Source: Candidatus Heimdallarchaeota archaeon
Lineage (GTDB): Archaea; Asgardarchaeota; Heimdallarchaeia; Hodarchaeales; Hodarchaeaceae
Length of the DNA: 64,000 nt
Direction of reading: 5' to 3'
Assembly (NCBI GenBank): GCA_019057635.1
Contig: DXJL01000156.1
Location: 32,001-96,000 of the forward strand
Shown here: positions 22,327-31,831 of the stretch, piece after piece
How the letters are laid out: each line of letters begins with the position of its first letter
How positions within the stretch are numbered: position 1 is the stretch's first letter
Notes under the pieces: generated by a model
What the model saw: only the letters and a program-made list of their open reading frames with translations
Told to the model about the DNA's origin: nothing
Databases searched by the model: none
Made by a program: the position numbers and the translations under genes

Positions 22327-22441
22327 ATGACTAAAATTGTCAGACAACTCTTGAAAACGAGTTCTGGACAGGATGAGTCACACATCCGCTATCCGGCAGG
22401 TTAGTAACACTAGAATGGATACTATCCGTTGGGACTACTTG
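22327..22441 (-). ncRNA. Predicted TnpB omegaRNA scaffold overlapping tnpB 3' end (guide about 22307-22326)
   Basis: GGAUG/CAUCC stem whose loop GUGACU can pair with terminal AGUCAU (pseudoknot). 34 nt are identical to 41269-41302. Confidence 0.75.
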
Positions 22442-23611
22442 GGAGTCTGTAGGATAACGTTGAAGAATATTCCGAGCCGCGTTATAATCGGCATTCAGAT
22501 GAACCCCGCACCTCTGACAACAAAAGGAACCTCGCGATGTTCGATTCCGCTTATCTACATGGCCACACTTACTACATTGTTGGGAGGTATACGCTTCGTC
22601 TACCCGTACTACGGTCATTCCAACAAGTTTAGCCTTGTATTCAAGCATTTGAACCAATTGGGAGAAGGGAAGTTGAATAAACGACTGATTTATCCGTTTT
22701 CCTAAGTTGCAGTGCTGTTTCCATCCCGCATTATAACCAATGACTAAGGTCTTTATCTTCTGCTCTAAACAGTAGTTGATTATTCGACGGGAGATTTGAT
22801 GGAAGATATCGTGGAGCTTATTAATCCGTCTACGATGTAGGCGTTGTATACGACGAGTAGTATACTGATGATTACAGATGGTGGCTAAGGATCGATAATG
22901 CGCAAGTTGCTTGTTATACCACTGATTAATGGTCTTAACTACCCCGCCTTTGACGAGTAAGCCGTCTGACGTAGTTACGAGATTGGTAAGACCGAGATCT
23001 ATTCCCATAGTTCGGGATGGAAAATCAGAGGAAGGAAATGGTTGCGCTTGTACTTCATAGAGTAATTCTACCACAAAGCGATCATAAAATGGCACTAACC
23101 GCGCCCCAACACATGCTTCCGCTGTCAATGGAAGAGAATCCAGGGGAAAGGTCGGAAACCCTCGTGCCATGAGATTTCGAGTAAATAGAATTTGGCTATT
23201 ACGGATTCGAACTCTGCGCCGGGGAAAGCTCAGCATATACATTCCGTTCTTGGGTTTATATCTAGGGGTTCGGGGGCGGGTTCGAAACCGGCCAGGATCC
23301 TTTTTCCAAACTTTCAGCGCGTTAAAAAAGCTGCGCCAAGTTTGTTCTACCTGTCGTAGGACCTGTTGGGGTAAATAGCTATCAGACATGTCTTTTAATG
23401 CTAGATACACTGGTTCGTGCTTGAGGCGATGATATAGGTTGGTATATTGGATCCATTTCCCTGTACTGAAAAATTCTTGTCGTACCTCATATGTCGCTCG
23501 ATTATAGAGATTTTTGGCACAGGTGCACAAATCGGTGAAAATTGGCCTAGGTTTCATTTGCATTCGGATAGCTAATTGGGGTTGAGGGTTTTTCTTGATA
23601 CGCATTCCCAT
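22340..23611 (-). CDS. tnpB: RNA-guided endonuclease TnpB with rearranged RuvC-II site
   Basis: AKNLYN, RuvC-I GIDLG, VIGYN..WKQ in place of the canonical Glu, VDEAYTSQQCSKCG, C..CG, NADYNAARNI. Confidence 0.95.
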   Translation of the reverse strand: MGMRIKKNPQPQLAIRMQMKPRPIFTDLCTCAKNLYNRATYEVRQEFFSTGKWIQYTNLYHRLKHEPVYLALKDMSDSYLPQQVLRQVEQTWRSFFNALKVWKKDPGRFRTRPRTPRYKPKNGMYMLSFPRRRVRIRNSQILFTRNLMARGFPTFPLDSLPLTAEACVGARLVPFYDRFVVELLYEVQAQPFPSSDFPSRTMGIDLGLTNLVTTSDGLLVKGGVVKTINQWYNKQLAHYRSLATICNHQYTTRRIQRLHRRRINKLHDIFHQISRRIINYCLEQKIKTLVIGYNAGWKQHCNLGKRINQSFIQLPFSQLVQMLEYKAKLVGMTVVRVDEAYTSQQCSKCGHVDKRNRTSRGSFCCQRCGVHLNADYNAARNILQRYPTDSQVVPTDSIHSSVTNLPDSGCVTHPVQNSFSRVV

Positions 23612-23630
23612 TCCTTTTTGGAATTTTCAC

Positions 23631-23645
23631 TCTTATAAACTTGAG
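23631..23645 (-). promoter_or_regulatory. Putative TATA box for tnpB
   Basis: TTTATAA (23633-23639, minus strand) about 25 nt upstream of ATG 23611, matching archaeal leaderless spacing. Confidence 0.5.
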
Positions 23646-23743
23646 ACAAAGAGAGAGCGGTGAAATTGATGAATGTGATGAAATTGAACCCTTTTTCTTC
23701 CCGACCAGTACTGATAAAAACTAGTGTTCTGACAAATTTGATC

Positions 23744-24391
23744 ATGCCTAAGATTCAGTGTATCATATTCGATGTGGATGGGACATTACTTGACAATACA
23801 AATTTTATAGTATCCCTATTTCAGGATACTGTAATAAAATATCTTGGACCAGCAAAAAGTATGTCTAGGAATGAAGTTTTGTCATTATGGGGTCCACCTG
23901 GAGATGAAATCTTTAGAAAAGTATTTCCACCCGAGGTAGTTGACGAAGCTTGGTCAGAATTTCTCATTAAGTATCGTAACACTCATACAAAAACGGGTTT
24001 TTTTTCTCGTGTGGAATTGAATGACTTTCGGAAATATGTTCAATATCTAGTAATTTTTACTGGTAAATCGCGTTATACTAATACCATCTCTTTGGAAGAA
24101 TTGGATATTACTGATTGTTTCGACCTTATCTATACTGGAAGTGATGTGGAAAATTCAAAACCCCATCCTGATGCACTGTTCCTTATATTAGAAGATTTAG
24201 ATCTGAATCCGGATAAAGTAATCTTTATTGGGGATAGCCATCTTGATATCATTGCAGGAAAGGCTGCAGGTATTCCAACCGCTGGGGCCGAATGGGGAGC
24301 AGTTGAGTTGGAAAAGCTCCTCCAAAGCAAGCCTGATCATGTTTTTAAGACCCCAAATGACTTTATCAAGTTCATAGAAAGCGCTTCATGA
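23744..24391 (+). CDS. HAD-superfamily hydrolase (phosphoglycolate phosphatase/PpaX-like)
   Basis: FDVDGTL, TGK, KPHP, IGDS..DI.AG. Start moved to ATG 23744 because the upstream extension lies inside the tnpB element. Confidence 0.9.
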   Translation: MPKIQCIIFDVDGTLLDNTNFIVSLFQDTVIKYLGPAKSMSRNEVLSLWGPPGDEIFRKVFPPEVVDEAWSEFLIKYRNTHTKTGFFSRVELNDFRKYVQYLVIFTGKSRYTNTISLEELDITDCFDLIYTGSDVENSKPHPDALFLILEDLDLNPDKVIFIGDSHLDIIAGKAAGIPTAGAEWGAVELEKLLQSKPDHVFKTPNDFIKFIESAS

Positions 24392-24406
24392 TTTGGTCTT
24401 GATTTT

Positions 24407-26551
24407 ATGACTAAAAAAATGATTGAAACCACTTTTCCAATCATTGAAATAAGTCAACTCGCCATACCTGAACGCAGCAGCTATAAACCTATTTATCAGA
24501 TTTCTAAATGGTTTGCCCGACGATCTTCGGCTATTTTTAGGGCCATTCTCCTTAGCTGTACTCTTAATTCATCAGAGAATTTCATGGACGAATTTTATAA
24601 TGCTAAGGATAGTTTCAAAGATATAACTATTCTTGATCCATTTATGGGAGGAGGAACAACAATTATAGAAGCTTTAAGGCTTGGTATGCAATGTATCGGA
24701 GTTGATATTAATCCAGTTGCATGGTTTATCACTAAAACTGAGAGTGCTATGGTCGATATAGAAGAACTTCAAGGTTTAATCACAAAATGTGAAGAAAACC
24801 TTGAAAATGATGTGAAAAAATGGTATAAAACCTCCTGTCCAGTATGTGAGAATCCCGCTGATATAATTTACACTCATTGGGTCAAATGCTTACCCTGTCC
24901 GACATGTAATTCACTCATCCCTATGTTTCGTAATTTTCTTGTCGGTTATTTGGCTAATGAGGCAATCCTTCTCTGTCCCTCATGTTATGCAGTATTTCCT
25001 TCAAATAAACCGATCACATCAGATAATAGATGTCCTGAATGTACTCAAAAATTCAAACCGAGTGCGGGTTTTAGAAAGGGTAGAAAATTGCTCGAATGTC
25101 CAGATTGTGGAAATTCTGTCAATATCTTAAACTCTATTCGTTCGATTAAGACTCCTCTCGCTTGCAAACCGTTTGCCATTGAAGGATATTGTTGTCACTG
25201 TGCAAATGAGAAAGATCCTGATTCAGACCTTGCAAAATCTAGATATAAATTTATCAAAAGAGTTTCACAAACAGACAGAGATCTTTATAAAAAGGCTGAA
25301 GATCACTGGAAGAATTATTCAGGCATCTTTCTTTGGCCAAAAGAAGATATCCCGATTGGCATGACAACAAAGGTTTTATTAAATCATAACTATACTAAAT
25401 GGGCTGACCTATTTACATACCGTCAATTATTAACTTTGAGTTTAATTTTAAACTTCATTAAAGACATTGAAGAAGAACATCTCCAAGAGATGTTTTTAGC
25501 GGCATTTCTAAACCTCTTAAATCACAACAATTCGTTTACAAGGTATTCTCCTAAAGGGCAAAAAGTCGAGGGGATATTTTCTCGCCATGATTTTCACCCT
25601 TTGTCTACATTTGCAGAAAATAATGTGTGGGGGACGAGATATGGACGTGGAACTTGGATCAAATGCCTCAAAAGATTACTAGAAGGGAAGAAGTACAACC
25701 TTGAACCCTATAATTTTACGTCTATAAATTCCAAAGAAAAGATCTCTAAGCGTCGAAGAATCGTATCTGGTAAAATTGATGGAAAAGTATACAATGGAGA
25801 AATTGAGCATTTTCCTGATGAAAAAAGTAATTTACTTCTTCTCTGTCAAGACTCTGAAAAACTTCCCTTGTTTACAAATGGCGTTGACCTTTTGATCTCT
25901 GATCCCCCGTATGCTGATAATGTAAATTATTCAGAACTATCTGATTTCTTATATGTTTGGATTCGATTAATATTACAGGAAAAATATCCCTTCTTTATTC
26001 CAGTTGAGACTCCAAAATTGGGAGAGGCAATTGAAACAAAAAATAGAGGTACTGATTACTATTCCAAACTCTTTAATATTTTTAGAAGCTGTAAGAAACA
26101 GCTCATCCCAGGTGGGTTGTTTGTATTTACATTTCATCATGGTAATCCTGATACTTGGTTTAAACTTGCTGAAGTAATTGAATCGTCTGGTTTTAGCGTG
26201 GTTAAAACGCATGTTTTGCAGAGTGAAGCCTTGAATGTTCTGAATATCCAAAATAAGAAAGCCGTGTCTTATGATTTAATTCTTGTCTGCCAGCAGAATC
26301 AACAAAAAAGGAAAAAACCCCATAATTTATCAGAATTTGTAGAACGGTTAAGCAAGAATTATGATAAGAAATTTACCTATTATACTGAGATAGGTCTCAC
26401 AATACATACAAATAATGTGATAGTTGTATTCTTTGGTGAATATTTGGAGCTTATTTCAAAGGTACAACCAGTAAACTGGTCAGACTCAATTGCTAAATCT
26501 GATCTAAGAAAAAGTTGTAAAGACCTTTACTCGAGTAAAATTATTGCCTGA
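24407..26551 (+). CDS. DUF1156-type adenine DNA methyltransferase with Zn-finger insertions
   Basis: KWFARR, DPFMGGGT, several CxxC pairs, SDPPY..N..Y.ELSDF, FTFHH. Confidence 0.88.
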   Translation: MTKKMIETTFPIIEISQLAIPERSSYKPIYQISKWFARRSSAIFRAILLSCTLNSSENFMDEFYNAKDSFKDITILDPFMGGGTTIIEALRLGMQCIGVDINPVAWFITKTESAMVDIEELQGLITKCEENLENDVKKWYKTSCPVCENPADIIYTHWVKCLPCPTCNSLIPMFRNFLVGYLANEAILLCPSCYAVFPSNKPITSDNRCPECTQKFKPSAGFRKGRKLLECPDCGNSVNILNSIRSIKTPLACKPFAIEGYCCHCANEKDPDSDLAKSRYKFIKRVSQTDRDLYKKAEDHWKNYSGIFLWPKEDIPIGMTTKVLLNHNYTKWADLFTYRQLLTLSLILNFIKDIEEEHLQEMFLAAFLNLLNHNNSFTRYSPKGQKVEGIFSRHDFHPLSTFAENNVWGTRYGRGTWIKCLKRLLEGKKYNLEPYNFTSINSKEKISKRRRIVSGKIDGKVYNGEIEHFPDEKSNLLLLCQDSEKLPLFTNGVDLLISDPPYADNVNYSELSDFLYVWIRLILQEKYPFFIPVETPKLGEAIETKNRGTDYYSKLFNIFRSCKKQLIPGGLFVFTFHHGNPDTWFKLAEVIESSGFSVVKTHVLQSEALNVLNIQNKKAVSYDLILVCQQNQQKRKKPHNLSEFVERLSKNYDKKFTYYTEIGLTIHTNNVIVVFFGEYLELISKVQPVNWSDSIAKSDLRKSCKDLYSSKIIA

Positions 26552-26557
26552 TATTGA

Positions 26558-27340
26558 GTGTATAGCATGAGCGACGAATCCAAATACAAACTAGTAATAG
26601 GAGATGTTAACCATGCTCTACCTAATATGGCAAAAAAACGTTTGTTTGATTTAATCATTGCTGACCCTCCATTTGGAATTTCCTTCAGCAAATCTTCTCA
26701 TGAATATGGAGCAGACGAATATCACCTATATAATGACGATTATACTACTGATAATTATTACGAATTTTCAAAAAAATGGATTTTAAATTGTTATAATGCG
26801 CTTAGTCCAACTGGAAGTCTTTATATTATATCTGGATGGACTAATCTTCAATACATTTTAAATGCACTTGAAACCACAGATTTTCATATGCTAAATCATG
26901 CGATTTGGCATTTTTCATGGGGGGTCTACACGAAACGTCGCTTTGTTACAAGTCATTACCATATTTTATTGCTTGTAAAAAATCGTAAGAAATATCAGTT
27001 CTATAAACAAAAGCATTATGATGAAGATGTTTTCTTTTGGCAGGAATACAATAGAGGGAATGACCCTCATCGTATTAAGGGACATCCTTGCCAACTTCCC
27101 ATAGTTCTCCTAGAAAAATTAATTCTAACCTCAAGTTCTGTAGGTGATCTAGTAGGAGATGTATTTTCTGGATCTGGAGGGACGATTCTAGCAGCGCGTA
27201 AGACTGAACGGGATGTAATAGGATTCGAACTTAGAGAAGAATATAAACCCATTATCGAAAAGAAAGCGTTGTTTGGGAAATCTCTATACAAATATAATCA
27301 GAAGAATACACTAGATTCTTACTTAGAAACACAAGAATGA
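26558..27340 (+). CDS. DNA methyltransferase, beta class (N4/N6)
   Basis: ADPPF precedes HPCQLP and D.FSGSG. Confidence 0.88.
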   Translation: MYSMSDESKYKLVIGDVNHALPNMAKKRLFDLIIADPPFGISFSKSSHEYGADEYHLYNDDYTTDNYYEFSKKWILNCYNALSPTGSLYIISGWTNLQYILNALETTDFHMLNHAIWHFSWGVYTKRRFVTSHYHILLLVKNRKKYQFYKQKHYDEDVFFWQEYNRGNDPHRIKGHPCQLPIVLLEKLILTSSSVGDLVGDVFSGSGGTILAARKTERDVIGFELREEYKPIIEKKALFGKSLYKYNQKNTLDSYLETQE

Positions 27341-27357
27341 GAGTATCGTCTCTCAAG

Positions 27358-29103
27358 TTAGTCTGAAACCAACAGTAGTTCTTTATACGAAGAACATTCA
27401 TATAGTTCTAATATTAAATCGTCGATTTCGTCTTTCTGCATAATTCGAGGCTGTGTTGATGGGTGAGAATTCTTGAATTGAGTTTCAATTGTCCCGAGAA
27501 TCTTTTCATTATCCTCTGGAGGTCGAATTGGAAGACGTTTCAGATTTTTGATTGAAATTGCATTTGTATATTTTGATCCAAGGTTGAATTGATTTTCATA
27601 ATACCAATGCATAAGACTAGAATTCAGTATTGCTAAAATGTAGTAAAGATAAATTGGTTTTCTTCGCCATTGTTCCTTTAACCGTATATTGTAAACATTC
27701 TGAGTTGTAAGAGTGTTATTTAAATCAATTGCAGCACAGGGAAATTGCTTTATTTTCTGTAACACAATTTTTGGTGATTTGTAGACATTTCGATTCTTTT
27801 TAGATTTAAATTCTATTGTGTCATTAAAAAAATGAGTAGATTTAATATAATAATGGTTAAAATCATCACCCGTAAGTATTGGTGTAATATGCTCTGACGA
27901 TTTACTGGGATTTATTAGGAATTGGATCAATAATTGACTTTTATCTAGAATCTCATGACATTGAGGACATTCAACTCTAGGTTTTCTACTTGATAATGGT
28001 ACCCACGATGTACAGAAATTACAGTACATTACTCCTCCTTTTTTACTTAGCTCTTCACCCCGCTGTATTGTTACATATTCTTCTAATCCTTTTGCATTTT
28101 TCTTAATTTGATCTAATACTTGGAAAGATGTTTTATCAGTTATGTTCGTAAATATATAATCAGTATTGGTCATGTAGACAGTTTGCAGAATTCTTTCCTC
28201 ATTATCTACAAGAATTTCATTCTTGGATTTGATTTTGTCAGTGAAGAGAGCTACAATTGATATGAATTCCTGTGTTACATGTTCAAATAAATCGTGAAAA
28301 AACAGAGATTTAATCCGATAGTTATGGAGAATGAATTTTCGCAGATTTGCATATTGATTAGACCGTGTTAAGTTTTTTGGGAGATATAATGCCAAGTAAC
28401 CACTATTTGATCTTAGTAAATATGTGCTTTGATATACAAATAGTTCAAACGAGTTCAAATTTCGTCTTGAACCTGATAGTTTAAATTTTTTGAAATAATG
28501 AGCTCTTTCCTCTTTTGTTAATTGACTTCCCCAAGGTGGATTTCCGATAATGAGGTCGAATCCAGGAAAATTCTCAGGTATCTTTTTCCAAGAAGTGAAA
28601 TCACTTTCTAGAAAATTCCCTCTCACTAGATTATTCTTCATCCACTTTGGAATAATTTCTTTGTCTATATCCCAGGAATGCCCTTTTAAAATTTCTTGGC
28701 ATCCAAGCAGAGTTCTAGAATTTATTTCCATGCCATACAGGTTGTTTAATATTTTCCTTCGATAATTTTTTGTCTTATTTATTCCTAATTCGGCAAGTCG
28801 TTGAGTTATAGAATCAGAAACTCCAAGTAATAAATGATAGGACGTTATTATAAATTCTCCTTGTCCTACTGAACCGTCAAGGATCGTAAAGCTTAGTATG
28901 TACGACAATAGTTCTTGTAAGACTTTGGTATTGCCTGAATTGATAATATTTTCAACAGATGAATGTGAAACATTAAACCTACGTCGCATTTGAAATATAA
29001 TTGCTTGTTGAATGGCTCGATTCGTCAATTCAAATGCGAGTGAACTTGGAGTGTTAAATGCACCGAAGGATTTTTTGAATTCACTATTCTTCATTGGATC
29101 CAA
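27358..29103 (-). CDS. N6-adenine DNA methyltransferase, gamma class (TaqI/Eco57I-like) with TRD
   Basis: G.F.TP, ILDGSVGQGEF, IIGNPPW, LR..IL, C-terminal YILAILNS and LP. Confidence 0.85.
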   Translation of the reverse strand: MDPMKNSEFKKSFGAFNTPSSLAFELTNRAIQQAIIFQMRRRFNVSHSSVENIINSGNTKVLQELLSYILSFTILDGSVGQGEFIITSYHLLLGVSDSITQRLAELGINKTKNYRRKILNNLYGMEINSRTLLGCQEILKGHSWDIDKEIIPKWMKNNLVRGNFLESDFTSWKKIPENFPGFDLIIGNPPWGSQLTKEERAHYFKKFKLSGSRRNLNSFELFVYQSTYLLRSNSGYLALYLPKNLTRSNQYANLRKFILHNYRIKSLFFHDLFEHVTQEFISIVALFTDKIKSKNEILVDNEERILQTVYMTNTDYIFTNITDKTSFQVLDQIKKNAKGLEEYVTIQRGEELSKKGGVMYCNFCTSWVPLSSRKPRVECPQCHEILDKSQLLIQFLINPSKSSEHITPILTGDDFNHYYIKSTHFFNDTIEFKSKKNRNVYKSPKIVLQKIKQFPCAAIDLNNTLTTQNVYNIRLKEQWRRKPIYLYYILAILNSSLMHWYYENQFNLGSKYTNAISIKNLKRLPIRPPEDNEKILGTIETQFKNSHPSTQPRIMQKDEIDDLILELYECSSYKELLLVSD

Positions 29104-29263
29104 TATTATTCTACCTAAATGTTATATCTTCTTTTGAGAGCTGAATAGTGTTTTACAGGTCACACTGCAGAAGATAGGATTTAAACTCTGCGATCAAAAA
29201 TATTGTATTCCATAATATGAGAAGAGAGAAATTTTTATACTCTCACAATTTATGTGAAGTTAA

Positions 29264-29716
29264 ATGAAAGGTCTAACTCATGTCTTCTTCGGAGTAGGAC
29301 TTGTTAGTGCTGTTTTAGCTTACTTACAGATATCCCTAGGTCTATGGGGAATCGGAACATTTATAATAGCACCAATATTTTCTCGTCTACCCGATTTTGA
29401 TCAAAAAATTGCGAAAATTACTTTTAATCAGGTTATTCCCCATCGAGGTATTCTTTCACACAATTTACTATATGGAGTTCCAATATTTTTGTGTTTCTAT
29501 GTATCTGATTCCCCAATATTCCTGGTAGCTATTATCTCGGTATTTGGAGCTCTTTTTATTCACGTTTTCGTTGATGCATTTAATTCAGGAGGTGTTTGGA
29601 TGGGACTCTTTCATCTATCATTTGCCAATTTTGGATGGGACTCGTTTTTAGGGAATTTAATTTTTAAGCTCGTAGGGATAGGATTACTAGGAATATCAAT
29701 TTTCGTCTATTTATAA
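29264..29716 (+). CDS. YdjM-family membrane-bound metal-dependent hydrolase
   Basis: M...TH, LPD.D, HRG..H, H...D.FN..G. Confidence 0.85.
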   Translation: MKGLTHVFFGVGLVSAVLAYLQISLGLWGIGTFIIAPIFSRLPDFDQKIAKITFNQVIPHRGILSHNLLYGVPIFLCFYVSDSPIFLVAIISVFGALFIHVFVDAFNSGGVWMGLFHLSFANFGWDSFLGNLIFKLVGIGLLGISIFVYL

Positions 29717-29752
29717 TCTAAATAGAATTCACTGTCTGGAAAGCGATTCAAA

Positions 29753-30463
29753 ATGGTCGAAACAATATATCTTACCGATATGTACCAAAAAGAGTTTGAA
29801 GCGGAAGTTATTTCTGTAACTGATGATAAATTCATTGTACTTGATCAAACAGCCTTTTATCCTAAGTCGGGAGGAGTTGCTAATGATGAAGGCCACCTTA
29901 TCCGTGACAATGATGAGTTTAATGTTGTTTATGTAGGCAAATTTAGTGGTAAAATTTCTCATGAAGTAGATAAGCCAGGTTTAAAAGTGGGTGATAAAAT
30001 AATTGGAAAATTAGATTGGGATCGCCGTTACACATTGATGCGATATCACACAGCTGCCCATGTAATATCTGGCGCTTTTTATCATAATTTAAATGCTAAA
30101 ATAACTGGGAATGAGATTTCAATTGACCAAGGAAGAGTGGATTTTAATTTGGAAAACTTTGACCGAGCACTTATCGAAAAAGAAGTTAACAATTCGAACA
30201 TAATAATTTCCAAAGATCATTCTGTTGAAGTGTATTCTCTTGATAGGAAGGATGTTGAGTCAGATCCTGATCTAACGAAACTAGCAATGGGTTTACCTAA
30301 AAATATTCAAAAATTAAGAATTGTTGATATCAAAAATTTTGACAGACAACCTGATGGCGGGTGTCATGTCAGATCGCTAAAGGAAATAGGTAATATAAAG
30401 ATTAAAAAACTTGTGAATAAAGGAAAAAATAATAGACGTTTATATTTCACAATCGAATCTTAA
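29753..30463 (+). CDS. alaXM: Alanyl-tRNA editing protein AlaX-M
   Basis: LDQTAFYP..GG, MRYHTAAH, D.QPDGGCHV. Confidence 0.92.
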   Translation: MVETIYLTDMYQKEFEAEVISVTDDKFIVLDQTAFYPKSGGVANDEGHLIRDNDEFNVVYVGKFSGKISHEVDKPGLKVGDKIIGKLDWDRRYTLMRYHTAAHVISGAFYHNLNAKITGNEISIDQGRVDFNLENFDRALIEKEVNNSNIIISKDHSVEVYSLDRKDVESDPDLTKLAMGLPKNIQKLRIVDIKNFDRQPDGGCHVRSLKEIGNIKIKKLVNKGKNNRRLYFTIES

Positions 30464-30475
30464 AGGTGAAAAAAA

Positions 30476-31831
30476 ATGGAAATAGTAGTCATAGGAGGAA
30501 ATGCTGCTGGCTTAAGTGCAGCTAGTGCTATCAGGAGAATACACCACGATTGGCAGATCGATGTATATGAAAAAGATCAATATATCTCATTCGGTTCGTG
30601 CGGTATCCCGTACTATGTTTCAGAAACCGTTGAAAATCTTCATAGTTTAATCACTCTCACGCCTGAAATAGTTGAGAAGAAAAGAAAAATACCCGTTCAT
30701 TTGATGAACGAGGTAATTGATGTTGATTTTAACTCAAAAACCTTAACAATTTTAGATAAGAATACAAAATCTCAGTATAATCGTTCTTATAAAATACTAA
30801 TTATCGCTACTGGAGCACACGCAACCTCCTCCCCAGAATTAAATCTTGAACATGAACGAATATTTTTCGTACATAATCTTAGTCATGCTGAAAAATTAAG
30901 AACTTTCTTGAAGACCCCTAACCATAAAATTCAATCTGTGGCCATAATCGGAGCAGGATACATAGGATTAGAGATGTTGGAAGCATATAAAGCACAAGGC
31001 ATTAATGATATTACGATTATTGGGCCTCGTCTTGTTTTTCGATCACAAAGCCAAGAATATTTACTTAAAGAGCTGAAATCTCATGAGATTAAGGCTATCC
31101 TTGGGAAAAGAGTAAGTCAACTAGAAGGTCTATCAAAGGACAGAATTAAAATTTATCTTGATGATCATTCCTCAATAGAAACAGATTTATTACAAATTTC
31201 CATAGGTGTTTCACCTGCAACTGACATCTTTATGAATAAAGGGTTACACATGCTGTCAAATGGGGCAATCTTAACAGATGAATATATGAAAACTAATATT
31301 TCTGATGTTTATGCAGCTGGTGATTGTATTGCATCATACCACCAAATTTTGAAACAACATGTATATTATCCTTTAGCGCCTGCTGCAAATAAACAGGGAC
31401 GTTTAGCTGGATCAATAATTGCTGGGAAAGAAGTTAGCCCTTATCCGGGTATCGTCGGAACTTCAATCTTTAAAGTTCTTGATCTTTATTGCGCGAGAAC
31501 TGGAATTTCATTAGAACAGGCTGTAGAAATGGGTTTTGATGCAGAATCTATACTGATTGAAAATAATGAGATTGCTCATTATATGGGTACAAAGAAGATG
31601 TCAGTCTTTTTGGTTTTCGACCCTAAAAGTCATCTTCTATTGGGAGCGGAAATAACTGCTCCTACTGCGCTTGGTGCAAAAAAAATTGATACCTTGGCCA
31701 CAGCTTTGTCTGCAAAGATGAAAATTGAGGATGTTCAGTCATTAGATTTGGCTTATGCTCCTCCATTCGCCCCAGTTTGGGATCCAATTTTAGTAGCCGC
31801 TAATATCGCAAGTAAGAAGCTAGCAAAATGA
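30476..31831 (+). CDS. CoA-disulfide reductase/NADH oxidase family flavoprotein
   Basis: IGG.AAG.SAA, SFGSCG.PY, GAGYIGLE, AAGD, LDLAYAPPF. Confidence 0.9.
   Translation: MEIVVIGGNAAGLSAASAIRRIHHDWQIDVYEKDQYISFGSCGIPYYVSETVENLHSLITLTPEIVEKKRKIPVHLMNEVIDVDFNSKTLTILDKNTKSQYNRSYKILIIATGAHATSSPELNLEHERIFFVHNLSHAEKLRTFLKTPNHKIQSVAIIGAGYIGLEMLEAYKAQGINDITIIGPRLVFRSQSQEYLLKELKSHEIKAILGKRVSQLEGLSKDRIKIYLDDHSSIETDLLQISIGVSPATDIFMNKGLHMLSNGAILTDEYMKTNISDVYAAGDCIASYHQILKQHVYYPLAPAANKQGRLAGSIIAGKEVSPYPGIVGTSIFKVLDLYCARTGISLEQAVEMGFDAESILIENNEIAHYMGTKKMSVFLVFDPKSHLLLGAEITAPTALGAKKIDTLATALSAKMKIEDVQSLDLAYAPPFAPVWDPILVAANIASKKLAK

Larger units (their letters stand above)
22326..23746 (-). mobile_element. 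Non-autonomous tnpB element with imperfect terminal inverted repeats, flanked by duplicated CATG
   Basis: CATG at 22326-22329 and 23743-23746. Ends ACTAAAATTGTCAGA / TCTGACAAATTTGAT match 12/15 as an inverted repeat. GC is visibly higher than the flanks. The same ends recur at 41233-41595. Confidence 0.85.

Noticed and set aside
22340-23611. Catalytically dead TnpB (TldR-like repressor)
   Set aside because: Loss of the canonical Glu is offset by the Glu in VDEAYTS, and both Asp residues are intact.
23660-23743. N-terminal extension of the HAD ORF in the ORF track
   Set aside because: It lies inside the transposon left end; the reconstructed empty site puts the RBS next to ATG 23744.
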